Source of the DNA: Myxococcota bacterium
GTDB lineage: Bacteria > Myxococcota_A > UBA9160 > JAFDDA01
Length of the DNA stretch: 64,000 nt
Assembly: GCA_965228475.1 (NCBI GenBank)
Contig: OZ245817.1
Location: forward strand, 4,672,001-4,736,000
Direction of reading: 5' to 3'
This document shows positions 10,297-19,766 of this stretch, one piece after another. Within the stretch, counting starts at the first letter, position 1; the number at the start of each line of letters is the position of its first letter. The notes beneath the pieces were generated by a model, which did no database searches, was not told where the DNA came from, and saw only the letters and a program-made list of their open reading frames with translations. Made by a program: the position numbers and the translations under genes.

Positions 10297-11184
10297 ATGG
10301 GGATCCGACCCTTCCGCAGTTCCGACGCCGAACCGCTCGCCGACCTCTCGGCGGGCTGCCTGAAAGGGGAGACGGACTTCGCGCTGAACCCGCTCTGGGA
10401 GACGGAAGGCGAGCTGCGCGCCGAGTTCGACCGCCTCGGCATCGCGCCCGAAGAACACCTGCTCGTGGCCGAGGACGATGCGGGTGCGCCCATCGGCATG
10501 GTCGGGTTCCTGCGGCGCCCGGGCGACGGGCAGGCCGGGCTCGTGGCGCCGGTGGTGAAGCGGGATCTGCGCGGCGAAGGGCTCGGCGGCGAGCTGCTGC
10601 GCGCCGCGCTCGAGCGCGGGAAACAGCTCGGCATCGGCCTCGTGACCGGCGCCGTCGGCACCCGCAACCGGGCCGGCTACGCCCTGCTGACGAGCCTCGG
10701 TTTCCAGTCCCTGCGCCAGCACTTCATGATGCGCTGCGACGAGCGGCCGGCGCTCGTGGATCTTCCGGTCGAGGGCCTCGTCCTCGAAACCGCAAAGCCG
10801 GACGACGCGGACGCGATCCACGAGATCTACCAGGCTTCGAACTTCGACGAGGTCCGCACGCGCGAGCGCATCGACGAAGTGCTCGGCGACGGAATCCACT
10901 TCCACGCCGTCGCGCGCCATCAGGGCGAGACCGTCGCCTTCGCGGAGATCGAGACGCACTGGCCGCGCCGGGTGTGGGTCTCCTTCGTCGGCGTGAAGGA
11001 CGGCCTGCGCAACCGCGGCGTCGGCTCGGCGGTCGTCGCGTGGTCGCTCCAGCGCCAGTTCGACGCCGAAGCCGATGCCGCGCTCCTGCTGCTCTCGCCG
11101 GTGAACCGCCCGGCCGTGCGCGCGTACCAGAAGGTCGGCTTCAACCTGCACCGCACCGTCGACGTCCTGCAGCGCATCCTCTGA
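10297..11184 (+). CDS. Tandem GNAT-family N-acetyltransferase
   Basis: Two acetyl-CoA loops (RGEGLG, RNRGVG) and NRPAVRAYQKVGF; GGAGG RBS. Confidence 0.85.
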   Translation: MGIRPFRSSDAEPLADLSAGCLKGETDFALNPLWETEGELRAEFDRLGIAPEEHLLVAEDDAGAPIGMVGFLRRPGDGQAGLVAPVVKRDLRGEGLGGELLRAALERGKQLGIGLVTGAVGTRNRAGYALLTSLGFQSLRQHFMMRCDERPALVDLPVEGLVLETAKPDDADAIHEIYQASNFDEVRTRERIDEVLGDGIHFHAVARHQGETVAFAEIETHWPRRVWVSFVGVKDGLRNRGVGSAVVAWSLQRQFDAEADAALLLLSPVNRPAVRAYQKVGFNLHRTVDVLQRIL

Positions 11185-11206
11185 GCGGCCGGGGCCGGCG
11201 CGCGGC

Positions 11207-12403
11207 CTAGAGCTCGAGGGTCGCGATCTCGCGGGCGCAGTTGATGCGGATGGCGGGCCCGGCGACGCCGATGCCCCGGTTCACGTAGAGCGTCGAGCCG
11301 TTCTGCCGGTAGAGCCCGCGCGGGTAGTCCGTGATGATGCGCGCGAGGTTCCAGTGATGCGCGCCGGGCAGCGCGAGCTGTCCGCCGTGGGTGTGGCCGG
11401 CCAGCACGAGCGGGAAGCCGAGCTGGGAGGCCTGGGGAAAGAACTCGGGCCGATGGATCAGCAGGATGGCCGGTCCGTCGTCCGGAAGCGAACGGTGGAG
11501 TTCGTCGAGCCCGTCGAAGCGCACCCCGCGGGCGGTCCAGTCGCCCTCCGGGTCGTCCACGCCGCACACGTAGAGCGGGTGGTCGGCCGGCACCTTCTCC
11601 CAGTCGCCGCGGAGCAGGCGGATGTTCGGTGCGAGGCGACCGAGACTCTCCGCCACGTACTCGCGCCCGGTGTAGCGGTCGTGGTTGCCGAGCACGGCGT
11701 AGACCCCGCGGCGCGCGCGCAGGCCGGAGAGTCCCGCGGCGCCTTCCTCGACGTAGGCCGGGTCGAAGTCGAAGAGGTCGCCGGTCAGAGCGATGACGTC
11801 CGCTTCCATCTCGTTCACGCGTTCGACGAGCGAGGCGAGCCGCGCCCCTTCCATGCCGTTGCCGATGTGCAGGTCCGTCAGGTGGACGATGCGCAGGCCG
11901 GCGAGCGCGTCCGGGAAGGCGTCGAGGCCGAGCGGCACGTGGGTCTCGTCGACGGCGGCCTGCCCTCCGGTGAAGCCCCAAAGGAAGGTGGCGACGAGCG
12001 TGCAGACCACGGCGCCGCTCACGACGCGGAAAGCGTCGAAGGCGAAGTCGCCGCTGATGCCGAGCGCATTCAAGGCACCGGCGAGCGGCAGGTAGCCGAG
12101 CCACGCGAGCGTGATCACGAGGCCGACCGGCAGCGTCGTCACGCCGATCGCCATGTAGGCGCGGCCGAGTTTGCGCGGGAGCCCCTGCGAACGGGCCGCG
12201 CGGCGGATGGTCGGAAGCGCGAACACGTTCGCCGCCACGAGCGCCGCCGCGAGCACGAGGCCGAGCGCGAGCCCCGGCCCCTCCCGCCCGGCGAACACGA
12301 CCACCACCCAGTGCCCGACGATCACCTGGAACACGCCGACCAGCACCGTGAGGATGGTGAAGAGGTTCCCGAAGAAGAGCTTGCTGAGGCCTTTCCGTTC
12401 CAC
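11207..12403 (-). CDS. Membrane-anchored metallophosphoesterase (YkuE/YaeI-like)
   Basis: Four TM segments, then TDLH, TGDLFD, GNHD, GHTHGGQ; GTG start. Confidence 0.9.
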   Translation of the reverse strand: MERKGLSKLFFGNLFTILTVLVGVFQVIVGHWVVVVFAGREGPGLALGLVLAAALVAANVFALPTIRRAARSQGLPRKLGRAYMAIGVTTLPVGLVITLAWLGYLPLAGALNALGISGDFAFDAFRVVSGAVVCTLVATFLWGFTGGQAAVDETHVPLGLDAFPDALAGLRIVHLTDLHIGNGMEGARLASLVERVNEMEADVIALTGDLFDFDPAYVEEGAAGLSGLRARRGVYAVLGNHDRYTGREYVAESLGRLAPNIRLLRGDWEKVPADHPLYVCGVDDPEGDWTARGVRFDGLDELHRSLPDDGPAILLIHRPEFFPQASQLGFPLVLAGHTHGGQLALPGAHHWNLARIITDYPRGLYRQNGSTLYVNRGIGVAGPAIRINCAREIATLEL

Positions 12404-12405
12404 GC

Positions 12406-13452
12406 CTAGAACCGATCCGCCGGCCAGAAGCCGAAGCGCTCGGGCGGGAGCACGCGCCGAAGGAGATCCCCCGACTCGGCGCGCGCCTGCTCGTCGCTCG
12501 CCGGCCGGAAGGGTTCGCCGAAACGCATCGCGAACCCGTGCGGGTCCGAGACGAAGAACATGCTGCCGCGGTCCTCGGAGGTCGTGCTCCCGATGCCCGC
12601 CTCGCCGAGCGCGGCCTCGAGCGGCGCATCGAACAGCGGCGGGAGCGAGGCGACGCTCCGGAACTCCGCGGAGGGCCGCCCGATCGGCGCGATCGGATCC
12701 TCGGGCCGGGGCGCGAGCGCCGCGCGGAAGAGCGTCGCCAGCGCCGGCGCGGCGTCGTCCTCGCGGCCCCACTCCATGAGCACCAGGAGGCGGGAGAGAC
12801 AGACCGCGCGCAGGTAGGCGACGACGCGTCCGCCCTCGCGCACGACGCGGAACTCCTCCGTCGGATTTCCCGCGTGGCGAAGATTCGTCCACCAGCGCTC
12901 GCCCTCGCGCAGGCACGTGCCGTCGCGGCCCCGCGAGTAGTCGGCGTGGATCGCCTGCACCTCGGCCAGGTCCCGCGGCGCGTCGAAGGGCTCGCTGGCC
13001 GCGAGCGCGGCTTCGCCGTCGCCGCCCTCCGGGCGCAGCAACGGGCGCGCGACGGGCCAGGCGTGCCAGCCGAGCTTCTCGTAGAACGGGACCGGCCCGG
13101 CGAAGAGCAGGCCGAGCTCGAGGCGGCGCGCGCGCAGGTCTTCCATCGCCGCGCGCATCACCGCGCTCGCCATGCCGCGGGCGCGGCGGTCGGGGTGGGT
13201 GAAGACGGTTCCGATCCCGCCCGCCGGGACGGACTTCCCGCGCACCAGGAGCTTCCGCGGGAAGATCTGGACGCAGGAAACGAGCCGGGCCCCCTCCGCC
13301 GCGACCCACACGTCGCGCGGGTCGAACTCGGGCTCGTCCTCGACGTAGCGCTCGAACTGCTTGCGCATCGGCCAATCGTCGAGGGTCGGCCAGAGGCCGA
13401 CGAGATCGAGCAGCGCGGTCTGCTCTCCGTTTCGCAGGGGTCGGACGTCCAC
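12406..13452 (-). CDS. GNAT acetyltransferase (Eis-like)
   Basis: GGIGTVFTHPDRRARGMAS...FYEKLGW. Confidence 0.82.
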   Translation of the reverse strand: MDVRPLRNGEQTALLDLVGLWPTLDDWPMRKQFERYVEDEPEFDPRDVWVAAEGARLVSCVQIFPRKLLVRGKSVPAGGIGTVFTHPDRRARGMASAVMRAAMEDLRARRLELGLLFAGPVPFYEKLGWHAWPVARPLLRPEGGDGEAALAASEPFDAPRDLAEVQAIHADYSRGRDGTCLREGERWWTNLRHAGNPTEEFRVVREGGRVVAYLRAVCLSRLLVLMEWGREDDAAPALATLFRAALAPRPEDPIAPIGRPSAEFRSVASLPPLFDAPLEAALGEAGIGSTTSEDRGSMFFVSDPHGFAMRFGEPFRPASDEQARAESGDLLRRVLPPERFGFWPADRF

Positions 13453-13475
13453 GGGGCGCCGAGTATACTGACTCC

Positions 13476-13805
13476 ATGTCCGACGCCCGGAATCTCTACA
13501 AGGAAGGCTTCGCGCTGTTCGTGAAGCAGGACTTCGACGGCGCCATCGCCAAGTACGGCGAGGCCCTCGCCGCAGACCCGAAGCTCGCGATCGCCTGGAG
13601 CGCGCTCGCCATGGCCCATTCGCGCAAGGGCGATTTCGATGCCGCCATCGAGGCCGGCCTGAAGACCGCCGAGCTCGAGCCCGACGAGCCCCTCACCTAC
13701 ACCAACCTCTCGATCTTCTACCAGCAGAAGGGGATGGTGCCCGAGGCGGAGGACGCCAAGGCGCGGGCCATGCAGCTCGGAATGAGGCAGCAAGGCGGCG
13801 ACTAG
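13476..13805 (+). CDS. Small TPR protein
   Basis: About three TPR units (FDGAIAKYGEALAADP, AWSALAMAH, YTNLSIFY). Confidence 0.85.
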   Translation: MSDARNLYKEGFALFVKQDFDGAIAKYGEALAADPKLAIAWSALAMAHSRKGDFDAAIEAGLKTAELEPDEPLTYTNLSIFYQQKGMVPEAEDAKARAMQLGMRQQGGD

Positions 13806-15220
13806 CCCCGCGCCGGCGTCGGCGCCCGGTCGGGCTGGCTGGCGAGATGGCGGCCGAAGCGGCGCATCACCCAAAGGTGTACCCAGGCCTGGCTGAAGCG
13901 ATAGATCCACCACGGCAAGCGCGGGTGGAAGTCGTGCACGGCAGCGATCACGTTGCGGGCGCCCGCCGTGAGCCGGAACTCGAGCCGGGGCCGGGCGCCC
14001 TCCGGGTTCCGGGCGAGCCAGCCGCCGCTCACGTCGAGGACCGCCCGGGTCGGCTCGCTCCGGTCGCTGCGCGTTTCGAGCACGAGCGCCGGAGCCGGCA
14101 AGCCCAGCAGATGGAAGCGCGCCTCGTTCCCGACCCGCTCCGCGCGCAGCACGTAGCGCAGCAGCCGCGGGAGCCAGGCGACGTACTCGGCGGCCACGTC
14201 CGGCGCCTCGAAGCCGCGGGGGACCGGAAGCCGCTGGACCGAACGGGCCGTCGAGGGCATGCGGACCGGAGCTGGGCGGCGCGGCTTCGAGGGCGATGCC
14301 TCGCGGGTGGCGCGCACTTCGCCGTGGAGCGCGGCCTTCAGGGCGTCGACGGCGGATTCCCCGGGCCGGCCCATCCGTTCCTGGAGCCACGGGTCGTCGA
14401 CGACCATCTCGTGCTGGAGGCTCTCGACCAGCGGCTCGACGAGCGCGCGCGATTCCCCGCTGAACAGCGTCACCCAGAGCCGGGAGAGCCGCGGCGTGAG
14501 GAACGGGACCGGGAGCATCCACCGCTTCAGGCCGAGCACCCGCGCCGTCGTCGCCATGAGTTCCCGGTAGGTCAAGACGTCCGGGCCGCCGACGTCGGCC
14601 ACCCGCCCGGCGGTCTCGGCGTCTTCGGCGGCGAAGGCGAGCGCGGCGACGGCGTCCTCGAGGGCGATCGGCTGCATGCGCGAAGCCGTCCAGCTCGGGC
14701 AGAGCATCACCGGCAGGCGCTGCACGAGCTTGCACAGGATCTCGAGGGAGGAGCCGCCCGGCCCGATCACGAGCCCCGCCCGCACCGCGGTGACGGCGGC
14801 GCCGTGGGCCGCGAGCGCCTCTTCGACCTCGCGACGGCTCGCCAGGTGCGGCGAGAGCGGCTCGGACTCGGGGAGCAGCCCGCCCAGGTAGACGATGCGC
14901 CCCACCCCGTTGGCCGCCGCCGCGCGGGCGAAGTTGTCCGCGAGGATCAGGTCGAGGTCCTCGAAGCCCGCCTGCACGAGGCGGGCGCTCGGCGCCATCG
15001 AGTGCACCAGGTAGATGGCGACGTCCGCCCCGGCGAGACCCGCCTCGACGTCGGAAAGCGAGTAGAGATCGCAGGCCCGCCACTCGACGCCGTCCGAGGG
15101 GCTGGCCGGGACGCTGCGCCCGAGGGCGATCACCCGGTGGCGCCGGGCGAGCTCCGCCACGAGCGAGCGCCCGACGAAACCGGAGGCCCCGGCGATGGCG
15201 ATGGTGAGTCTCGTCTCCAC
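13802..15220 (-). CDS. NAD(P)-binding epimerase/atypical SDR (YbjT-like)
   Basis: IAGASGFVG, YLVHSM, IVYLGGL, HLASRREVE, QPIALED; GTG start. Confidence 0.85.
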   Translation of the reverse strand: METRLTIAIAGASGFVGRSLVAELARRHRVIALGRSVPASPSDGVEWRACDLYSLSDVEAGLAGADVAIYLVHSMAPSARLVQAGFEDLDLILADNFARAAAANGVGRIVYLGGLLPESEPLSPHLASRREVEEALAAHGAAVTAVRAGLVIGPGGSSLEILCKLVQRLPVMLCPSWTASRMQPIALEDAVAALAFAAEDAETAGRVADVGGPDVLTYRELMATTARVLGLKRWMLPVPFLTPRLSRLWVTLFSGESRALVEPLVESLQHEMVVDDPWLQERMGRPGESAVDALKAALHGEVRATREASPSKPRRPAPVRMPSTARSVQRLPVPRGFEAPDVAAEYVAWLPRLLRYVLRAERVGNEARFHLLGLPAPALVLETRSDRSEPTRAVLDVSGGWLARNPEGARPRLEFRLTAGARNVIAAVHDFHPRLPWWIYRFSQAWVHLWVMRRFGRHLASQPDRAPTPARG

Positions 15221-15313
15221 CCCGACAGTGTGACTCACCGCGGCCGATCGTCCCGCAGATGCGAGTACCGCACCGGGACCCGTTGGCCCATCCTTCGGCC
15301 GAGGAGGCTCCCC

Positions 15314-15976
15314 ATGCCCGATGGCCCGAAGTCCGCCTGGCTCTCCCCCGAACTCCAGCAATACCTCGTGGCCCACGGGACTCCGCCCGACGCCGTGCAG
15401 CGCGAACTGATCGAGGAGACCGCCCGGCTCGGCGGCATCGCCATCATGCAGATCGCGCCCGAGCAGGGCGCCTTCATGCAGCTGCTCGTGACCGCGCTCG
15501 GGGCGAAGCGGGTCATCGAGGTCGGCACCTTCACCGGCTACTCGGCCCTGTGCATCGCCCGCGGCCTCCCCGAGGACGGAACGCTCCTGTGTTGCGACGT
15601 CTCCGAGGAGTGGACGTCGGTGGGGCGTCGCTTCTGGGAGAAGGCCGGCGTCGCCGACAAGATCGAGCTGCGCATCGGGCCGGGGATCGAGACGCTCGAA
15701 GCGCTGCCGGAGGAAGAGACCTTCGACATGGCCTTCATCGACGCCGACAAGCCGAGCTACCCGCTCTACTTCGAGGCGCTGCTCCCGCGCCTGCGCACGA
15801 ACGGCGTGATCCTCGTCGACAACGTGCTCTGGGCGGGGAACGTCGTGAACCCGGAAGCCGACGACGAGAACACGAAGCACATCCGGGCGTTCAACGAGAA
15901 GGTCGCGGCGGACCCGCGCGTCGAGACCGCGATCCTCCCGCTCGGCGACGGGATCACCTTCCTGCGGAAGCGCTAG
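15314..15976 (+). CDS. SAM-dependent O-methyltransferase (caffeoyl-CoA OMT family)
   Basis: MQIAPEQG, EVGTFTGYS, FIDADK, DNVLWAG; GAGGAGG RBS. Confidence 0.93.
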   Translation: MPDGPKSAWLSPELQQYLVAHGTPPDAVQRELIEETARLGGIAIMQIAPEQGAFMQLLVTALGAKRVIEVGTFTGYSALCIARGLPEDGTLLCCDVSEEWTSVGRRFWEKAGVADKIELRIGPGIETLEALPEEETFDMAFIDADKPSYPLYFEALLPRLRTNGVILVDNVLWAGNVVNPEADDENTKHIRAFNEKVAADPRVETAILPLGDGITFLRKR

Positions 15977-15988
15977 ACGCCGCGGCGC

Positions 15989-16462
15989 TCAGCCGAGGAA
16001 GAGGCCGCAGTCGGGGCACTCGCTCGCGCCCGCCGTCGCGGTGCCGCAGGCCGGGCAGGCGTCCTCGCCGGCTTCGGTGTCGCCTTCGCTCGGAAGGTCC
16101 GGGATCTGCTCGCGCTCGACCTCGGCGTCGATGGCGCGGGCGCGTGCCGCGTCCTCCTCGCGCACGAACAGCCCGCAGGCCGAGCCCGTCAGGCCGCTGC
16201 GCGCGCCGTGGCGCTCCGGGTCGATGATCTCCACCCGGCTCGGGATGCCGTCGGCCCGCAGACGGCCCGCCAGGGCCTCGATCCACGCCGGACCCTCGGC
16301 CCGGATCAGGACAAGGGCCGAGATGTCCGGGAGCCCCTCCGGGCCGCCGTCCTCCGGCAACTCGGAGGCAAGGCGCAGGGGCACCCCGCAATCACTACAC
16401 ATCTCCGTGTGAGGCAGGAAATCCTCACCGCACTCGGGGCAACGCTTCAGGTCGGGCCGCAC
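15989..16462 (-). CDS. Double zinc-ribbon / DUF2007-like protein
   Basis: CPEC...CSDC at N-terminus and CPAC...CPDC at C-terminus, flanking LRADGIPSRV...LFVREEDAARA. Start (GTG 16462 or ATG 16471) uncertain. Confidence 0.7.
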   Translation of the reverse strand: MRPDLKRCPECGEDFLPHTEMCSDCGVPLRLASELPEDGGPEGLPDISALVLIRAEGPAWIEALAGRLRADGIPSRVEIIDPERHGARSGLTGSACGLFVREEDAARARAIDAEVEREQIPDLPSEGDTEAGEDACPACGTATAGASECPDCGLFLG

Positions 16463-16574
16463 GGCGCGCATTCTAGGGCTTTTCGGGAAACCCGCGTTCC
16501 TGGCGCCCCCGGGGCCCCGGGGGGCGGCCAGAAACCCCGATCTGAGCGAGAATTGCCTGGAACCATCTGCATCC

Positions 16575-17273
16575 ATGCAGAAACTCAGGGAAAGACCGAG
16601 CCGAATGTCGGAGCAACGACGGTCGCGCCGGGAATGGGACGAGGAAGACGAGGAATTCCTGCGCCAGATCGCGCAGGGGGACGCCGATGCCTTCCGACAT
16701 CTCTTCCAGCGCTACTACCCCCGCGTCTACGCTTTCGTCCTTCGGCGCCTCGGCGATTCGACACTCGCCGAGGACACGACGGTGGAAACGTTCGCGGAGC
16801 TGTGGCGGACCGCGAAGCGCTTCCGGGGTGAGTCTCGTCCTTCGACGTGGATCTATGGGATCGCTCACTTCAAAGCGCTTGCCGCACGCCGCGCCGCGAT
16901 GAGGAACAAGCGCTCGAAGGTGATTCCGGTCGACTTCGAGACGCTCTCACGGGCTCCTTCACCCGAAGTCCTCCAGGACAAGGTGGAAGCCCGCGAGGAG
17001 GTCAGACGCGTGCGGCAGGCCATCCAGGCACTCCCCCAACGATACCGTCAGGTCATCGAGTTGGCGTTCTTCGAGAACCTGCCGTACTCGGAGATCGCGC
17101 GGCGTCTGGGGATGGCCGAGGGCACCGTGAAGACGCAGATCTCCCGCGCGCGGGACCGCCTGCGCAAGCAGCTCGCGAGCATGCAGGTCGCCGGCGAGCA
17201 TCAGGCCGGCGCCGACCCGAAGCCCGACGACGACCCGGGAAGCCCGAGCGACAGCCGGATGGGGCTTCGCTGA
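16575..17273 (+). CDS. ECF sigma factor
   Basis: GDADAFRHLF, STWIYGIA, LPQRYRQVI...YSEIARRLG..EGTVKTQISRAR; start may be 16605. Confidence 0.9.
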   Translation: MQKLRERPSRMSEQRRSRREWDEEDEEFLRQIAQGDADAFRHLFQRYYPRVYAFVLRRLGDSTLAEDTTVETFAELWRTAKRFRGESRPSTWIYGIAHFKALAARRAAMRNKRSKVIPVDFETLSRAPSPEVLQDKVEAREEVRRVRQAIQALPQRYRQVIELAFFENLPYSEIARRLGMAEGTVKTQISRARDRLRKQLASMQVAGEHQAGADPKPDDDPGSPSDSRMGLR

Positions 17274-17956
17274 TGGCGCGACGAAGAGAAACGCCCGAGT
17301 GCCCGCCCGAAGTGCTGGCGGCCATCCCGTGGTACCCGGACGACCTCTCCCAGCGCGAACGCGGCGAGGTGGACAGCCACGCGGCCGAGTGCCTCGACTG
17401 CCGCCGAGAGCTCGAGGCGCGCATGGCCGACCCCGACGAGGAAGCCTCCTGGCCCGCCCCGGAGCCGGACCAGGTCTTCACCCGCGTCCTCGCCCAGATC
17501 GAGATCGGCGAGGCCGAAACCATGCGCGAGTGGGCGCGGGCGCCGCGGCGCAAGCGCGCCGTGCGCTGGCTGCGCGAACGCGAAGTCCACGTCCCGGGTC
17601 TCGCGACGCCGGTCTCCGCAGCTCGTGGCCTCCAGGCGGCCGCTTCCTTCGGCGCGGTGATCGCGGCGGCGGCACTGTTCTTCGGCGCGAGCCCGGAGCG
17701 GCAGCCGGCGCCGGTTCCGACGGTCGTGCACACCCGCGAGCTCCCGCGCATCGATGTCGTGTTCCGCGAGGAGCTGACGGCCAGCGCGATGGCGGCGGCC
17801 CTGGCCGGCGTCAACGGCGAGATCGTGGCGGGCCCGACGGCTCGCGGCCGCTACCAGGTCGAGCTCCCGGCGGGCGCGGACCCCGAGATCGCAGCCCAGG
17901 CCCTGGACGACTCCGGCGCCGTGATCTACGCCGAGCCCGCCAAGGGCAGCCTCTAG
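17273..17956 (+). CDS. Zinc-binding anti-sigma factor (zf-HC2)
   Basis: HAAECLDC motif, TM segment, small C-terminal domain; TGATG coupling to the sigma gene. Confidence 0.8.
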   Translation: MARRRETPECPPEVLAAIPWYPDDLSQRERGEVDSHAAECLDCRRELEARMADPDEEASWPAPEPDQVFTRVLAQIEIGEAETMREWARAPRRKRAVRWLREREVHVPGLATPVSAARGLQAAASFGAVIAAAALFFGASPERQPAPVPTVVHTRELPRIDVVFREELTASAMAAALAGVNGEIVAGPTARGRYQVELPAGADPEIAAQALDDSGAVIYAEPAKGSL

Positions 17957-17965
17957 GCCTCCGCG

Positions 17966-18526
17966 CTACTCGCTCGAAGAATCGCCCCGGAGCCAGCGTG
18001 CGGTGCATTCCGCGAACCAGCCGCCGTGGGACCGCGCCGCCTCGAGATGCGCCGCCGTCGGGCCGGGCGCCCCGCCCTTCGGATTCGTCGGCGCCACCGC
18101 CCCCCAGTGCATGCCGCCCTCGGCGAAGCCGGCCAGCCGGTTGTGCATCGGCACCAGCAGCATGCCGTGCTCGGCCAGCGTCGTGAGGATCGAGAGCAGC
18201 GCGAGTTCCGCACCTCCGCGGGCGCCATCGCCCGCGCTCACGAAGGCCGCGCCGAGCTTCCCGCGCAGCTCGCCGGCCAGCCAGAGCCGGGACGTGCCCG
18301 CCAGGAACTCGCGGATCGTCGCGTCGGGTCCGCCCATGTGGACGCCGCAGCCGATGGCCACGGCGTCGGCGGCGAGCAGCGCGGCGGGTTCGGCATCGGC
18401 GACTTCGAGCAGGGTCACTTCGGCGCCGGCGGCGCGCGCCCCTTCCGTGAACGCCTCGGCCATGCGGCGCGTCCGCCCGGTCCGCGAGGCGAAGACCACC
18501 GCGATCCGCGGCGGGCCCACGCTCAC
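17966..18526 (-). CDS. WrbA-like flavodoxin / NAD(P)H:quinone oxidoreductase
   Basis: ASRTGRTRRMA, LRGKLGAAF, GGAELALL, HGMLLV. Confidence 0.8.
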   Translation of the reverse strand: MSVGPPRIAVVFASRTGRTRRMAEAFTEGARAAGAEVTLLEVADAEPAALLAADAVAIGCGVHMGGPDATIREFLAGTSRLWLAGELRGKLGAAFVSAGDGARGGAELALLSILTTLAEHGMLLVPMHNRLAGFAEGGMHWGAVAPTNPKGGAPGPTAAHLEAARSHGGWFAECTARWLRGDSSSE

Positions 18527-18545
18527 GCCTCGCCCCGGGAAGCGC

Positions 18546-19457
18546 TCACGCTTCGGCCCGGGCGGCCTCGACGGCTGCGGCGAAGTCCGGCGGATCGGGA
18601 CTCTCCGCCTTGATCACGTCGTACTCGAGGCGAGCGCAGTGGAGCATGTGGCGCGGAGCGCTCTCGGCGGCATCGCCGCCGTAGACCTTGTCGCCGAGCA
18701 CCGGGTAGCCGAGGTGCGCGAAGCCGACGCGGATCTGGTGCAGGAAGCCGGTCTCGAGCGCGACTTCGACGAGGCTCGCGCGCGCGAAGCGTTCGAGGGT
18801 CCGATAGCTCAGTCGCGTCGCCCGCCCCCCGCGGCCCGGAGCGACCTTCACGAAGGCCGGCCGATGCTGGGCGACGACGAGCTTCAGGTCGAGGCGCCCT
18901 TCGTCCTCCGGCGATCCGGCCACCAGCACGCGGTAGGTCTTGCGGATCGCGTGGGCCGAGAAGGCCTCGCGAAGCTGCACCCACGCGGCCTCCTCGGTGG
19001 CGAACAGCAGCGCGCCGGAGGTCTGCACGTCGAGCCGATGGAGGACGCCGCTGCGCAGGCCACCCTCGCCCACGCCCTGGGTCTCGGGGTGCCGCGCGAC
19101 GAGGGCATTCAGGAGCGTTCCCGTCTCCTCGGGGTCGAGCGGATGCACCGCGGTCCCGGCGGGCTTGTCGACGGCCAGCCACCCGGGGCCCTCGGCCAGC
19201 ACCGTCAGCGGCATCTCCGGCTCGGCGATGGCGCGCTGATCGGTCGGGTGGACGAAGTCCTCGACGGTGACGCGCACGCCGGGCTCGAGGGTCAGGCCCT
19301 TGGCGTTGCGGCCGGCGGGGACGCCATCCAGGGAGACGCGCCCCGCCTCGAGCAGCTTCCGCGTCTGGGAGCGAGACAGGGAGAGCCGGCGGGCGAGCAG
19401 CACGTCCAGCCGCTCCTCCGTCTCCTCGTCACCGACCTCGAACTCGTGATTCTCCAT
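18546..19457 (-). CDS. RluA-family pseudouridine synthase with S4 domain (RluD-like)
   Basis: RLDVLL S4 start, VDKPAG, HRLDVQTSG, TGFLHQIRV, PVLGDKVY. Confidence 0.9.
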   Translation of the reverse strand: MENHEFEVGDEETEERLDVLLARRLSLSRSQTRKLLEAGRVSLDGVPAGRNAKGLTLEPGVRVTVEDFVHPTDQRAIAEPEMPLTVLAEGPGWLAVDKPAGTAVHPLDPEETGTLLNALVARHPETQGVGEGGLRSGVLHRLDVQTSGALLFATEEAAWVQLREAFSAHAIRKTYRVLVAGSPEDEGRLDLKLVVAQHRPAFVKVAPGRGGRATRLSYRTLERFARASLVEVALETGFLHQIRVGFAHLGYPVLGDKVYGGDAAESAPRHMLHCARLEYDVIKAESPDPPDFAAAVEAARAEA

Positions 19458-19546
19458 GGCGAGGCGCAGGGTGCGCGACCTCGGCGCCCGGGACAAGGGC
19501 CGCCCCGAACCGTGCGGGAGTGGCCCGCCCGGTGGCCCCGCTTTGC

Positions 19547-19575
19547 TTGACACACCCCCCGCCCCGGGTGATCCT
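19547..19575 (+). promoter_or_regulatory. Sigma70-type promoter for the leader-cimA transcript
   Basis: TTGACA (19547-19552), N17, GATCCT (19570-19575). Confidence 0.65.
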
Positions 19576-19584
19576 GCGGGCCTC

Positions 19585-19653
19585 ATGTTCGAAGCCATCG
19601 GCAGCCGCGTGATTATCATCATCGCCCCGTCTGGAGGGCCCGCGGTGCGCTGA
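19585..19653 (+). CDS. Ile-rich attenuator leader peptide MFEAIGSRVIIIIAPSGGPAVR
   Basis: GTG ATT ATC ATC ATC control codons, between the promoter and a terminator upstream of an Ile-biosynthesis gene. Confidence 0.8.
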   Translation: MFEAIGSRVIIIIAPSGGPAVR

Positions 19654-19676
19654 CGCTTCGAGCGTTGGACGATTCC

Positions 19677-19704
19677 AAGCCGCGGAGACCCCGCGGCTTT
19701 TTTT
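19677..19704 (+). terminator. Intrinsic terminator (attenuator)
   Basis: AAGCCGCGG-AGACC-CCGCGGCTT hairpin running into a T7 tract. Confidence 0.88.
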
Positions 19705-19766
19705 GTGCCCGGCGATCGCTGCCGCCGCCCCTGGCGGGGCGGCCCTCGCCGGCGAGGAGGACAGAG

